Below are positions 8,583 through 17,349 of a DNA stretch of 64,000 bases, piece by piece. The stretch covers positions 9,562 to 73,561 of the forward strand of contig CAZQQI010000005.1 of NCBI GenBank assembly GCA_964595465.1, written 5' to 3'. The position numbers and the translations under genes were made by a program. Position 1 is the stretch's first letter; every line of letters begins with the position of its first letter. The stretch is from an uncultured Planctomycetales bacterium. Lineage in GTDB: Bacteria; Omnitrophota; Gorgyraeia; Zapsychrales; JANLHA01. The notes beneath the pieces were generated by a model, which was not told the origin of the DNA, did no database searches, and saw only the letters and a program-made list of their open reading frames with translations.

Positions 8583-10685
8583 ATGAGTGTAGAAAATGTA
8601 AATGTCCAGTATGGACCAGAAGCAATGAAGATCGAGACCGGAAAATTGGCCAAGCAGGCCAACGGTTCGGTCATGGTGACCTACGGCGGGACCGCTGTTT
8701 TGGTGACCGCCTGTATGAGTAAAAGCCCGCGGGAGGGTGTGAGTTTTTTCCCGCTGATGGTGGAATATCAGGAAAAGACCTATTCTGCCGGACAAATTCC
8801 CGGCGGATTTTTTAAACGCGAAGGACGTCCCACCCAGAAAGAGATCCTGACCGCCCGTGTGATCGACCGGCCGATCCGCCCCTTGTTCCCGGAAGGGATG
8901 TTCAACGAGGTGCAGGTTGTGGCTACGGTTTTGAGCAGTGACGGACAGTATGATCCCGATATCCTGGCCCTGAACGGCGCGTCAGCTGCCCTGCAGATCT
9001 CGGATATTCCGTTCAGCGGACCGATCTCCGGAGCCCGTGTGGCAGTTGTCGACGGGGAGAACGTTCTCAACCCTACCTATGAACAGCGCGAAGCCGCCGA
9101 GCTTGAGTTTGTGGTCGCTGCCGGCCGTGACGGTTTGGTCATGATCGAAGGGGAGGCGAAAGAGGCGCCGGAAGAAAAGATCTTGGCTGCCCTGGCGTTT
9201 GCCCAGGAGCAGTTAGGCGCGGTTTTGGACGCCCAGGATGATCTGCTGAAAAAATGCGGTAAAGAAAAGGCCGATATCAGCACCCGTCCCCCGAACGATC
9301 AGCTGCTGGCCAAGGTTAAGGAACTGGCTGCTGATAAGATGGCCAAGCTGTACGCGATCGAGGATAAAATCGAACGGCAGAATGCCGGGCATCAGTTGAA
9401 AGAAGAATTGACCGCGGACCTGTCCGTTTATGACAGCTGCAAACGGGATGAAGAGGAGGAGATCACCTCCGGTGCTGTTCTGAAATTTCTTGATCAGATC
9501 GAATATGAGGAAGTCCGCCGCCGGATCTTTGAAGAAGGACGGCGTGCTGACGGACGCGGTTTGACCGATGTGCGTGAGATCACCTGTGAAGCCGGTGTTC
9601 TGCCGCGCACGCACGGTTCCAGCCTGTTCACCCGCGGTCAGACGCAGAGTCTGGCGACTGTGACTCTGGGGACCAAGCGTGACGAACAGCTGATTGAATC
9701 TCTGGAAGGCACCAGTTATAAGAACTTCATGCTGCATTATAATTTCCCTCCGTTCAGTGTCGGGGAAGTCAAGTTTATGCGCGGACCGTCCCGCCGGGAT
9801 ATCGGTCACGGAACGCTGGCGTCTAAGGCTATCAAAGCCCTTTTGCCGGCGAAGGAAGATTTTCCGTATACGGTTCGTGTTGTTTCCGAGATTCTGGAAT
9901 CCAACGGTTCATCCAGTATGGCGACGGTCTCCGCTGCTTCCATGGCTCTTATGGATGCCGGTGTGCCCATCTCCGCGCCTGTCGCCGGGATCTCTATCGG
10001 CCTGGTCACCCAGGAGGGTAAAGATCCGGTGCTTTTGACCGATATTATGGGTCTGGAAGACCATTTCGGAGATATGGATTTCAAGGTCGCGGGTACGGAA
10101 AAAGGTGTCACTGCGATCCAGATGGATATCAAGATTCAGAACGTCAGCCTGGACCTTCTGCGCGATGCCATAGCGCAGGCGCGCGAGGCCAGAAACGGCA
10201 TCCTGGCCAAGATGAAGGGCGCGATCGAAGCGCCGCGTGAACAGATGTCCGAATTCGCGCCCAAGATCGTTTCACTGAAAGTTCCCGAGGATAAGATCGG
10301 CGGGATCATCGGACCGGGAGGCAAGACGATCAAGAAGATCATCGAGACATACGGTTGTGAATCGATCGATATTGACGACGACGGAACTGTGGTGATTTTC
10401 GCGATGTCGCAGTCCGCGGCCGAAGATGCCCATAAGTATATTGCCGGGTTTACGGAAGAACCGGAAGTCGGCAAGGTTTATGACGGCCGTGTAGTCCGCA
10501 TCATGAATTTCGGTGCATTCGTCGAATTTTTGCCCGGGCGTGAAGGGCTGGTCCATGTTTCAGAACTCTCCGATGAGTATGTGGAGAATTGTGAAGATGT
10601 GGTCAGTGAAGGCGACGAATTCAAGGTCAAATTGATCGGCATCGACAAAATGAAACGCTTCAACTTAAGCAAAAAACAAGCTTAA
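8583..10685 (+). CDS. pnp: Polyribonucleotide nucleotidyltransferase (PNPase)
   Basis: 700 aa with two RNase PH domains plus KH and S1 domains and the conserved rpsO-pnp linkage. Confidence 0.95.
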   Translation: MSVENVNVQYGPEAMKIETGKLAKQANGSVMVTYGGTAVLVTACMSKSPREGVSFFPLMVEYQEKTYSAGQIPGGFFKREGRPTQKEILTARVIDRPIRPLFPEGMFNEVQVVATVLSSDGQYDPDILALNGASAALQISDIPFSGPISGARVAVVDGENVLNPTYEQREAAELEFVVAAGRDGLVMIEGEAKEAPEEKILAALAFAQEQLGAVLDAQDDLLKKCGKEKADISTRPPNDQLLAKVKELAADKMAKLYAIEDKIERQNAGHQLKEELTADLSVYDSCKRDEEEEITSGAVLKFLDQIEYEEVRRRIFEEGRRADGRGLTDVREITCEAGVLPRTHGSSLFTRGQTQSLATVTLGTKRDEQLIESLEGTSYKNFMLHYNFPPFSVGEVKFMRGPSRRDIGHGTLASKAIKALLPAKEDFPYTVRVVSEILESNGSSSMATVSAASMALMDAGVPISAPVAGISIGLVTQEGKDPVLLTDIMGLEDHFGDMDFKVAGTEKGVTAIQMDIKIQNVSLDLLRDAIAQAREARNGILAKMKGAIEAPREQMSEFAPKIVSLKVPEDKIGGIIGPGGKTIKKIIETYGCESIDIDDDGTVVIFAMSQSAAEDAHKYIAGFTEEPEVGKVYDGRVVRIMNFGAFVEFLPGREGLVHVSELSDEYVENCEDVVSEGDEFKVKLIGIDKMKRFNLSKKQA

Positions 10686-10692
10686 GGACTAG

Positions 10693-10755
10693 AAAGACCC
10701 CGGGTTCAGTGTTAGTATACTTATTAAAGTATTAATACTATATCCGGGGTCTTTT
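10693..10755 (+). terminator. Large hairpin after pnp (AAAGACCCCGG ... CCGGGGTCTTT) followed by a T tract; the AT-rich loop contains the perfect palindrome AGTATTAATACT
   Basis: An 11-bp GC-rich stem is read directly. The ~40-nt loop holds a 12-bp palindrome at 10728-10739. Confidence 0.55.
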
Positions 10756-10775
10756 AACGTCTGCAGCATGTTATT

Positions 10776-13007
10776 ATGAAAAAAGTCTATCGGGATGAAA
10801 TTCAGGGTTTGATTATTTTTTCACTCGGGTTGATCCTCCTGGTCAGCCTGATCTCTTTTGTTCCCCAAGACCTTCCCTGGTACACATCTCAGCCCAATGT
10901 CCCGGCGCAGAACCTGGTTCGCGTGGTCGGCGCCTACCTGGCCGGAGGGTCTCTGTTTATTTTCGGCTACGGATCCTATGTTTTGGCTGTCTTTCTGCTG
11001 TTCTGGAGTTGGAACAAGTTTTCCGGCCGAGACATCGAATTTACTTTCCCCAAATTTTTATCGTCTCTGGTCCTTTTTTGTTCTGTTAGTACATTGCTGA
11101 GCATGATCGGTCCGCAGGCCGACGCTCTCCGCTTTGAACGGTCCGGTCTGGTGGGTTTTCTTTCGGCGGATTTTTTGATCCGCTATCTGGGATGGATCGG
11201 CGCCTTTATCATTCTGGCCACACTGTGTTCCCTGACTCTGGTCCTGACCGGCGAATTTCTGGTTTCTTTCTTTTTACTGAAAATGGGTGAGGTGTTCAAA
11301 GACCTCGCTGTCAGCCTGCAGGAACATATGGCGCAGTGGCGCGAGACTTTGGTCCGCCGCCGCAGTTCTGCTGCCAAATCCCGCCGGGTTCCGGTTTCCC
11401 GGCGCAAAGCTGCAGCAGCCCATGACGAGGAGGAAGAGGAAGAAGACGAAGAATATGAAGATGATGAGTATGAAGACGAGGAGTACGAAGAGGAGGACGA
11501 GGAAGAAGAACAGGAACCGGTTAAGCCGAATATCCGCATCGCCAATGTCGACGAAACGCCCCGTACGAAACCGGTCGAGCCCAAGGTCATCGGAGAATAT
11601 CATATGCCCCGGCTGGATCTGCTGGATGACGCGCCGGAATTCAATCCGGGGAAGGTCCAGAACGATCTGCAGAGCGGCGCCCAGACCCTGGAAAGCACCA
11701 TGAAGAGTTTTAACGTCAATGTCCGTGTGGCGGACATTGAACGGGGTCCGGTCATCACCCGTTATGAACTGGAACCGGCCCCGGGGGTCAAGGTCCACAA
11801 GATCACCAATTTATCCGATGATATCGCCCTGGCCATGAAGGTGGCGGCGGTTCGCATTGTGGCTCCGATCCCGGGGAAAAACCGTGTCGGTATCGAGGTC
11901 CCTAACAGTGCTAAGGCCGCAGTATTCTTAAAAGAGCTATTGGCGACGGACCGTTTTCAGCAGGCGAAATCTAAATTGACCCTGGCTTTGGGCAAGGATA
12001 TTTCCGGCAGTCCTTTGATCGCGGATCTGGCTGAAATGCCCCATTTGCTGATCGCCGGGACGACCGGATCGGGTAAGACGGTTTGTGTGAATACGATCAT
12101 TATGTCCATGCTCTATAACGCATCGCCCGATGAGCTGAAGTTCTTAATGGTCGACCCCAAGATGGTGGAGTTGACCCCGTATAACGATATCCCGCACATG
12201 CTCTGTCCGGCCGTGACCGATGCCAAAAAGGTCTCTTCGGCTTTGAACTGGGTGGTCAGTGAGATGGAGCACCGTTATCAGCTGCTGTCCAAAGAGCGTG
12301 TCCGCAATATCAAAAGCTACCGCGCCAAGGGACTGGAGATGCCCTACATTGTGGTCATCGTCGATGAGCTGGCGGACCTGATGCAGGTTTCGGCCAAGAC
12401 CATAGAGAGTGCCATTACCCGCCTGGCGCAGCTGTCGCGTGCGGTCGGGATCCATCTGATCCTGGCCACACAGCGTCCGTCTGTGGATGTGATCACCGGG
12501 GTCATTAAAGCCAATTTTCCGGCACGTGTTTCATTTAAAGTTGCCTCCAAGACCGATTCCCGTACTGTGCTGGACATGAACGGCGCTGAGACCCTGCTGG
12601 GTAAAGGAGATCTGCTCTTTATTCAGCCCGGCGACGCCAAGCCGACCCGCGGCCAGTGCAGTTTTGTCTCGGACCAGGAAGTCTTCCGTGTGATCGATTT
12701 TATTAAGCAGCAGCAGTCGCCGGATTATGATGAGACCATTTTACAGAAAAAAGGCGGAACAGCCGGAGGCGCGGACCAGAGCGATGAGCTTTATGACGAT
12801 GCTGTGAAGCTGGTGATCGAGACCAATCAGGCGTCGGTCTCGATCCTGCAGAGACGGATGCGTTTGGGCTATACCCGGGCTGCCCGGCTGATCGATATGA
12901 TGGAACAGAATGGAGTCGTCGGTCCGTATGTGGGAAGTAAGCCGCGTGATATTCTGGTGGACCGCGAACAGTGGCTGTTGGAAAATATGGAAGAACAGAG
13001 TGAATAA
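10776..13007 (+). CDS. ftsK: DNA translocase FtsK
   Basis: 743 aa with N-terminal TM helices, a linker carrying an acidic E/D/Y-rich low-complexity insert, a C-terminal RecA-like motor (GTTGSGKT Walker A) and a gamma domain. Confidence 0.9.
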   Translation: MKKVYRDEIQGLIIFSLGLILLVSLISFVPQDLPWYTSQPNVPAQNLVRVVGAYLAGGSLFIFGYGSYVLAVFLLFWSWNKFSGRDIEFTFPKFLSSLVLFCSVSTLLSMIGPQADALRFERSGLVGFLSADFLIRYLGWIGAFIILATLCSLTLVLTGEFLVSFFLLKMGEVFKDLAVSLQEHMAQWRETLVRRRSSAAKSRRVPVSRRKAAAAHDEEEEEEDEEYEDDEYEDEEYEEEDEEEEQEPVKPNIRIANVDETPRTKPVEPKVIGEYHMPRLDLLDDAPEFNPGKVQNDLQSGAQTLESTMKSFNVNVRVADIERGPVITRYELEPAPGVKVHKITNLSDDIALAMKVAAVRIVAPIPGKNRVGIEVPNSAKAAVFLKELLATDRFQQAKSKLTLALGKDISGSPLIADLAEMPHLLIAGTTGSGKTVCVNTIIMSMLYNASPDELKFLMVDPKMVELTPYNDIPHMLCPAVTDAKKVSSALNWVVSEMEHRYQLLSKERVRNIKSYRAKGLEMPYIVVIVDELADLMQVSAKTIESAITRLAQLSRAVGIHLILATQRPSVDVITGVIKANFPARVSFKVASKTDSRTVLDMNGAETLLGKGDLLFIQPGDAKPTRGQCSFVSDQEVFRVIDFIKQQQSPDYDETILQKKGGTAGGADQSDELYDDAVKLVIETNQASVSILQRRMRLGYTRAARLIDMMEQNGVVGPYVGSKPRDILVDREQWLLENMEEQSE

Positions 13008-13060
13008 TGTCTGCTGCGTCCGGGTGGCACCCCGGCCGCGCGATCAAAAGGATAATAGGC

Positions 13061-13933
13061 ATGCCTGATTATGACGGGACATCAAATAAGCCGGTGGGAG
13101 AGGTTCTGAAAGAGGCCCGCGAATCCAAAGGGATCAGCCTGACCACTGTTCATGAGATGACCAAGATCCCCATGGATGTGCTTAAGGCCATCGAGGAAGG
13201 TTACACGGTCCGCACCATTTCTCCATTTTATCTTAAAGGGTTTATCAAGATGTACGCCCAGTACTTGGAGATCAATGTCGATCATCTTCTGCAGAAAGAA
13301 CCCCGTGTGGTTCAAAGCGAGAAAAAAGAAACTCTGCCAAAGAAAAAACCTTTCGTAAAGAAATATGAGCGCGAGGTCAATGACGTCTTTTGGACCAAGC
13401 AGCGTCAGCGGCAGGCGGTGCAGATCGCTGCCGGGGTGATCGGCTTTTTGATCCTGGTCAAGATGGTGGGGTGCCTGATGCGGGGGGATCCGGACCAGCC
13501 GGCACGCGAGGCCGGACGGCAGACCCGAACAGCCTCGATGGTCCGGCCGGATGTTGAGCAGCCGAAGCCTTTGCCGAAACCAAAACCCAAGCCCCGCCCC
13601 GGACAGCAGGCGGAAACACGATCCACGGAAAACGCGCCAGCCGCTAAGCCTCAGCAGGAAAAGAAAACGGTCGAAGGCGTCAATCTGACCATCCGGGCGA
13701 AACGGCGGGGTTGGCTTCAGGTTAAGGTTGACGGCGTGGTTGTCCTTGAGACCACTGTCGAGGAGGGCGCTGTGGAGGCCTGGCATGCTGATGAGTCTAT
13801 TGTGATCTCCGGCAAAACTATTCATGCTTTGGAATATGAACTCAACGGCCGCCATCTGGGTTCTCTGGGGCGCGCTGACCGCTCGGCCCGCCGGGTCGTG
13901 GTCACCGAGGACGGCCTGCAGGTTAAGGATTAG
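13061..13933 (+). CDS. rodZ: RodZ-like cytoskeleton protein (N-terminal XRE helix-turn-helix, TM, Pro/Lys-rich linker, C-terminal DUF4115-like domain)
   Basis: The domain order HTH then a single TM then a PKPLPKPKPKPRPG linker matches RodZ. The start was set at ATG 13061 (the ORF track starts at 13007). Confidence 0.6.
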   Translation: MPDYDGTSNKPVGEVLKEARESKGISLTTVHEMTKIPMDVLKAIEEGYTVRTISPFYLKGFIKMYAQYLEINVDHLLQKEPRVVQSEKKETLPKKKPFVKKYEREVNDVFWTKQRQRQAVQIAAGVIGFLILVKMVGCLMRGDPDQPAREAGRQTRTASMVRPDVEQPKPLPKPKPKPRPGQQAETRSTENAPAAKPQQEKKTVEGVNLTIRAKRRGWLQVKVDGVVVLETTVEEGAVEAWHADESIVISGKTIHALEYELNGRHLGSLGRADRSARRVVVTEDGLQVKD

Positions 13934-13967
13934 GGGCTCTGATTTTTGGGTGCCAGTCCCGGCATGG

Positions 13968-13997
13968 TCCATGGTGATAAACCATGGGCTGTTTTGT
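13968..13997 (+). terminator. Hairpin CCATGGT-GATAA-ACCATGG followed by GCUGUUUUGUU; a terminator candidate after rodZ
   Basis: A 7-bp stem, 5-nt loop and U-rich tail are read directly. Confidence 0.45.
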
Positions 13998-14023
13998 TAA
14001 GGGCCAGCCAGGGATTTGGAAGG

Positions 14024-14202
14024 TGTGTTGACAATGTATCGATCATATTGTTTTTTTCGGAGCGTTCGTTCTGCCCCGGCGAGGCAGAACCTCACTCAAC
14101 GAAAATCCTTCGCTCTCATCACCCTGATGCGTGATGATCCATGCCCGCTGCGGATTTTCGAAGTCCTCTAAAATACAATATGATCTCTCATAATTGTCAA
14201 CA
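14024..14202. repeat. 179-bp structured intergenic element bounded by ~28-bp imperfect inverted repeats (GTGTTGACAAT..GATCATATTGT), enclosing nested hairpins
   Basis: Arm 1 is at 14024-14050 and arm 2 at 14174-14202 as its reverse complement, with an ~80% match. Inside are hairpin GTTCTGCC/GGCAGAAC (14066-14089), stem CGAAAATCC/GGATTTTCG (14098-14159) and CATCAC/GTGATG. The element could be a MITE-like element or a structured RNA. Confidence 0.4.
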
Positions 14203-14267
14203 CATTCAGCATGCCGTTCGAACGGAATCGGTTGCGGTTTTATGGATATCTTTTATGGGTCGCTGTT

Positions 14268-15524
14268 ATGTCAAAAATTTGCTTGATCAATTTAGGCTGT
14301 GTGCGCAATCTCTCTGATGCTGAGACGATTTTGGGACGATTTCGTCAGGGCGGCCATGTGATCGTTCCTCTGGATGAGGCCGAAACCCTGATCATCAATA
14401 CCTGCGGATTTATTGAAGATGCTAAGCAGGAGTCGGTCGACGCTATTCTGGAGGCTGTTGAACTGAAAAAGGAAGGAAAGGTCCGAAACATTGTTGTGGC
14501 CGGATGCCTCAGCCAGCGCTATGCTGATGACCTGCGCGGAGAGTTTCCGGAAGTGGACGCGTTTATTGGTGTTCAGCAGTTGGTCCGCGACGCGGCTCTG
14601 CCTCAGTTCCGTTTGACCCCGGAGCACATGGCCTACCTTAAGATTTGTGAGAGCTGTTTTAATCATTGCGCGTTTTGCGCGATCCCCCGGATCAAGGGGA
14701 AATTTGCCTCGCGCGGACGGGAGGCGGTTCTGCGTGAAGCTGCAGACGCGGATCAGCAGGGGGTTAAGGAGCTGAATATTATCGGCCAGGATACCACGGC
14801 TTACGGGCTGGATCTTTACCGGGAAAAGGCTCTGGCCGGATTGCTCAAGGATATTTCCGGCACGGTGAAGAATATCCGCTGGCTCCGCCTGCTGTATACA
14901 TTTCCCCGCCATATCACTGACGATCTGCTGGATGTCATGGCCGGTGAAGAGCGGATCTGCCGGTACCTGGATGTGCCGTTACAGCATGTGAGCGGCCGTA
15001 TTTTAAAAAATATGAACCGTCAGATGACCGCTGAACAGACCCGGTCTTTGATCACCCGGGTTCGTGATAAGATCCCTCAGGTGCGGATTCGCACGGCGTT
15101 TATCACCGGTCTGCCTGGTGAGACAGAAGAGGATTTTGACGAGCTGGTGGATTTTGTCCGCTGGGCCCGCATAGACCGGGTCGGTGTGTTCGCCTATTCT
15201 GCGGAAGAAGGCACGCCGGCGTTCGCCATGCCGGACCAGGTCCCTCAGGATATCCGTGAACAGCGGCGGGACCGGCTGATGGCTGTTCAGCAGGAGATCG
15301 CTTTGGAACTGAATCAGGGCATGATCGGCCGTGAGCTGGAGGTTTTGATAGAGGGGTATGATGCGGACCGGTCTGTGGCCTACGGCCGCAGTGAATATGA
15401 CGCGCCGGATGTCGATGGTCTGGTGTATGTCCGCGGCGGACAGGAATGCCGCCCCGGTGATATGATCAAGGTCCGGATTTCTGAGGCCCTTGAATATGAT
15501 CTGATCGGAGAAAAACATGAATAA
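14268..15524 (+). CDS. rimO: Ribosomal protein S12 methylthiotransferase RimO (radical SAM, MiaB family)
   Basis: The sequence is collinear with E. coli RimO from MSKICLINLGC. CxxxCxxC radical-SAM cysteines and a TRAM domain are present. The start was moved to ATG 14268. Confidence 0.85.
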   Translation: MSKICLINLGCVRNLSDAETILGRFRQGGHVIVPLDEAETLIINTCGFIEDAKQESVDAILEAVELKKEGKVRNIVVAGCLSQRYADDLRGEFPEVDAFIGVQQLVRDAALPQFRLTPEHMAYLKICESCFNHCAFCAIPRIKGKFASRGREAVLREAADADQQGVKELNIIGQDTTAYGLDLYREKALAGLLKDISGTVKNIRWLRLLYTFPRHITDDLLDVMAGEERICRYLDVPLQHVSGRILKNMNRQMTAEQTRSLITRVRDKIPQVRIRTAFITGLPGETEEDFDELVDFVRWARIDRVGVFAYSAEEGTPAFAMPDQVPQDIREQRRDRLMAVQQEIALELNQGMIGRELEVLIEGYDADRSVAYGRSEYDAPDVDGLVYVRGGQECRPGDMIKVRISEALEYDLIGEKHE

Positions 15525-16098
15525 GCATATTCCCAATATTCTGACCGGAGCAAGGATCCTGATGGCCGCGGTGTTTCTGCTGCTGTTCCGGGATTTTATT
15601 GTGTGGGCGTTCGCGGTCTTTCTGCTGGCGTCTGTGACGGATTATTGGGACGGATATCTGGCCCGCCGGTTTCAGCTGGTCAGTAATTTTGGTAAGATCA
15701 TGGATCCCATCGCCGACAAAATGCTGATCTTTGCCGCGTTCGGCTGGCTGGCTGCGATCGGGCTGGCGGCCTGGTGGATCTTTTGGGTTATTGTTGTCCG
15801 TGAGACGGCTGTGACTGTGTTCCGTTTCTGGGCAAAGTCCAGAGGAAGGGTAGTGGCCGCGGCTTCCGCCGGAAAGATCAAGACGGTCCTGCAGATCATG
15901 ACCGTGATCGTGATGATGCTGTTTCTGATCGTGTCCGAGTATAACGGATGGCAATATATCGGCGGGGCTCCGGCCGCGGACGCGGGGTATGCGATTATTC
16001 AGGTTTTGTTGATCTTGACCGTACTCCTTACGGTCTATTCCGGGCTGGATGTGTTTTGGACAAACCGTGCATTATGGAAAGGACATTCTCATGGATAA
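15517..16098 (+). CDS. pgsA: CDP-diacylglycerol--glycerol-3-phosphate 3-phosphatidyltransferase
   Basis: The CDP-alcohol phosphotransferase motif D.WDG.LAR......G...DP.ADK is present. The gene overlaps rimO by 8 nt. Confidence 0.85.
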   Translation: MNKHIPNILTGARILMAAVFLLLFRDFIVWAFAVFLLASVTDYWDGYLARRFQLVSNFGKIMDPIADKMLIFAAFGWLAAIGLAAWWIFWVIVVRETAVTVFRFWAKSRGRVVAAASAGKIKTVLQIMTVIVMMLFLIVSEYNGWQYIGGAPAADAGYAIIQVLLILTVLLTVYSGLDVFWTNRALWKGHSHG

Positions 16099-16540
16099 AC
16101 GCTGGGCAGAACGCTGGGCAACTTTTTTTCATATCGGAAATTTTCCTGTCGGGCCGGGCACCGCGGCGAGTTTTGTCGGGGCCCTGCTGGCGGTCGCGCT
16201 TTCCGGCGCGCCGGTGCTATATGTGCTGACTTTTTTCATTGTGGTGTGGATGGGCTACCGTTCCAGCGGTGTGATGGAAGAGATCACTGGAGAAAAAGAT
16301 CCGGGCCGTGTGGTGATCGATGAGGTCGCCGGGATCATGATCGCATTTTTCCTTCTGCCTGTCAGCTGGCCGGTTTTCTGGACCGCGTTTTTCCTGTTTC
16401 GCGCCTTTGATATGTTCAAGATCTATCCCGGCAAAGTCTTTGAGCTGAAAGGCGGCGCGCACGGGATCATGATGGACGATATTATTGCGGGGATTTATAC
16501 CAATGTGATCATGCATATTGTCTTGTGGATGGTGGGATAA
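16091..16540 (+). CDS. pgpA: Phosphatidylglycerophosphatase A
   Basis: PgpA family features are present (GPGTAASFVGAL..., a small polytopic membrane protein). The gene overlaps pgsA by 8 nt and the start was moved to ATG 16091. Confidence 0.75.
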   Translation: MDKRWAERWATFFHIGNFPVGPGTAASFVGALLAVALSGAPVLYVLTFFIVVWMGYRSSGVMEEITGEKDPGRVVIDEVAGIMIAFFLLPVSWPVFWTAFFLFRAFDMFKIYPGKVFELKGGAHGIMMDDIIAGIYTNVIMHIVLWMVG

Positions 16541-16664
16541 GAAAGGAGATGCTTATGTTCCGAACGAGTAATCCAGCGTTGAGGTAGGACGCCTGGCAGG
16601 ACGCGTCTTATGCCCAGGATGGGGTCATGACCCTGCAGGGGACTGTGAACAAGGGGGGATCGCT

Positions 16665-17333
16665 TTGCTGGCACTGGTGTTATTGTCGGCCTCCTGGATC
16701 TGGGGAAAGGTCTTGCCGGCGATGAGTCAGCCGCAGTGGGGTTCGCCGCAGGCGTCAAGCCTGCCGGGGAATATCGGGGCCTATATGACTGGCGGAGCCA
16801 TTGTGGGGTTTATATTGGCCATGGTAACAATCTTCAAAAAACAATGGTCCGGAGTCACGGCTCCTTTGTATGCTCTTTGCCAAGGTCTTTTTTTAGGCGG
16901 GATTTCAGCGGTCTTTGAGGCTCAGTATCCCGGCATCGTAATGCAGGCGGTAGCGTTAACCTTCGGCACAGCCTTCTGCATGTTCCTGGTTTATAAGTCC
17001 GGACTGGTTAAGGTCAATCAGAAATTCATTATGGGTATTGCGGCGGCTACCGGCGCGATCTTTCTGGTGTATATGGTCAGCTTTATTGTGAGTTTTTTTG
17101 GCCGGGGACTGCCGTTTATCCAGAGCGCGGGGCCGATCGGTATCGGGTTCAGTCTGCTGGTCTGCGGGATCGCGGCGCTGAATCTGATCCTGGATTTTTG
17201 GGTAATCGAGCAGGGGGCCCGGCAGGGCGCGCCGAAATATATGGAATGGTACGGGGCGTTCGCCTTAATGGTGACTTTGATCTGGCTGTATCTGGAGATC
17301 CTGCGGCTGTTGTCAAAGATGAATAGAAGATAG
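16665..17333 (+). CDS. Polytopic membrane protein, possibly BI-1/YccA (TMBIM) family (TTG start)
   Basis: 222 aa with about 7 predicted TM helices and a C-terminal ...KYMEWYGAFALMVTLIWLYLEILRLL reminiscent of the Bax-inhibitor/YccA family. The first canonical in-frame start is TTG 16665. A 10-12-aa uORF with a perfect SD (16549/16555-16587) and a perfect 12-bp palindrome GGGTCATGACCC (16622-16633) precede it. Confidence 0.5.
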   Translation: MLALVLLSASWIWGKVLPAMSQPQWGSPQASSLPGNIGAYMTGGAIVGFILAMVTIFKKQWSGVTAPLYALCQGLFLGGISAVFEAQYPGIVMQAVALTFGTAFCMFLVYKSGLVKVNQKFIMGIAAATGAIFLVYMVSFIVSFFGRGLPFIQSAGPIGIGFSLLVCGIAALNLILDFWVIEQGARQGAPKYMEWYGAFALMVTLIWLYLEILRLLSKMNRR

Positions 17334-17349
17334 CGTTTTTATGATCGAT

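Noticed and set aside
11183-11798. Minus-strand ORFs with poly-Ser / poly-Phe low-complexity translations inside ftsK
   Set aside because: They are the reverse-complement reading of the GAR-rich acidic-repeat tract of ftsK, which is mirror-image low complexity and not a gene.
13082-13972. 296-aa minus-strand ORF fully antisense to rodZ, plus other long antisense ORFs inside pnp, ftsK, the mur genes and ligA in the track
   Set aside because: High-GC genomes generate long stop-free antisense frames. These have no SD or start context and no recognisable domains, and the sense-strand genes have clear homology. I treat them as artefacts.
14024-14202. Tested whether the structured intergenic blocks (13934-14267, 33220-33360, 17350-17466) are known housekeeping ncRNAs (RNase P, SRP/4.5S, tmRNA, 6S)
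   Set aside because: I found no RNase P P4 core (AGGAAAGTCCGGGCTCC), no SRP domain IV GGAA/AAGCAGC motif and no tmRNA tRNA-like end plus tag reading frame. The shapes are multi-branch rather than the 6S rod shape. I therefore left them as unclassified structured elements.
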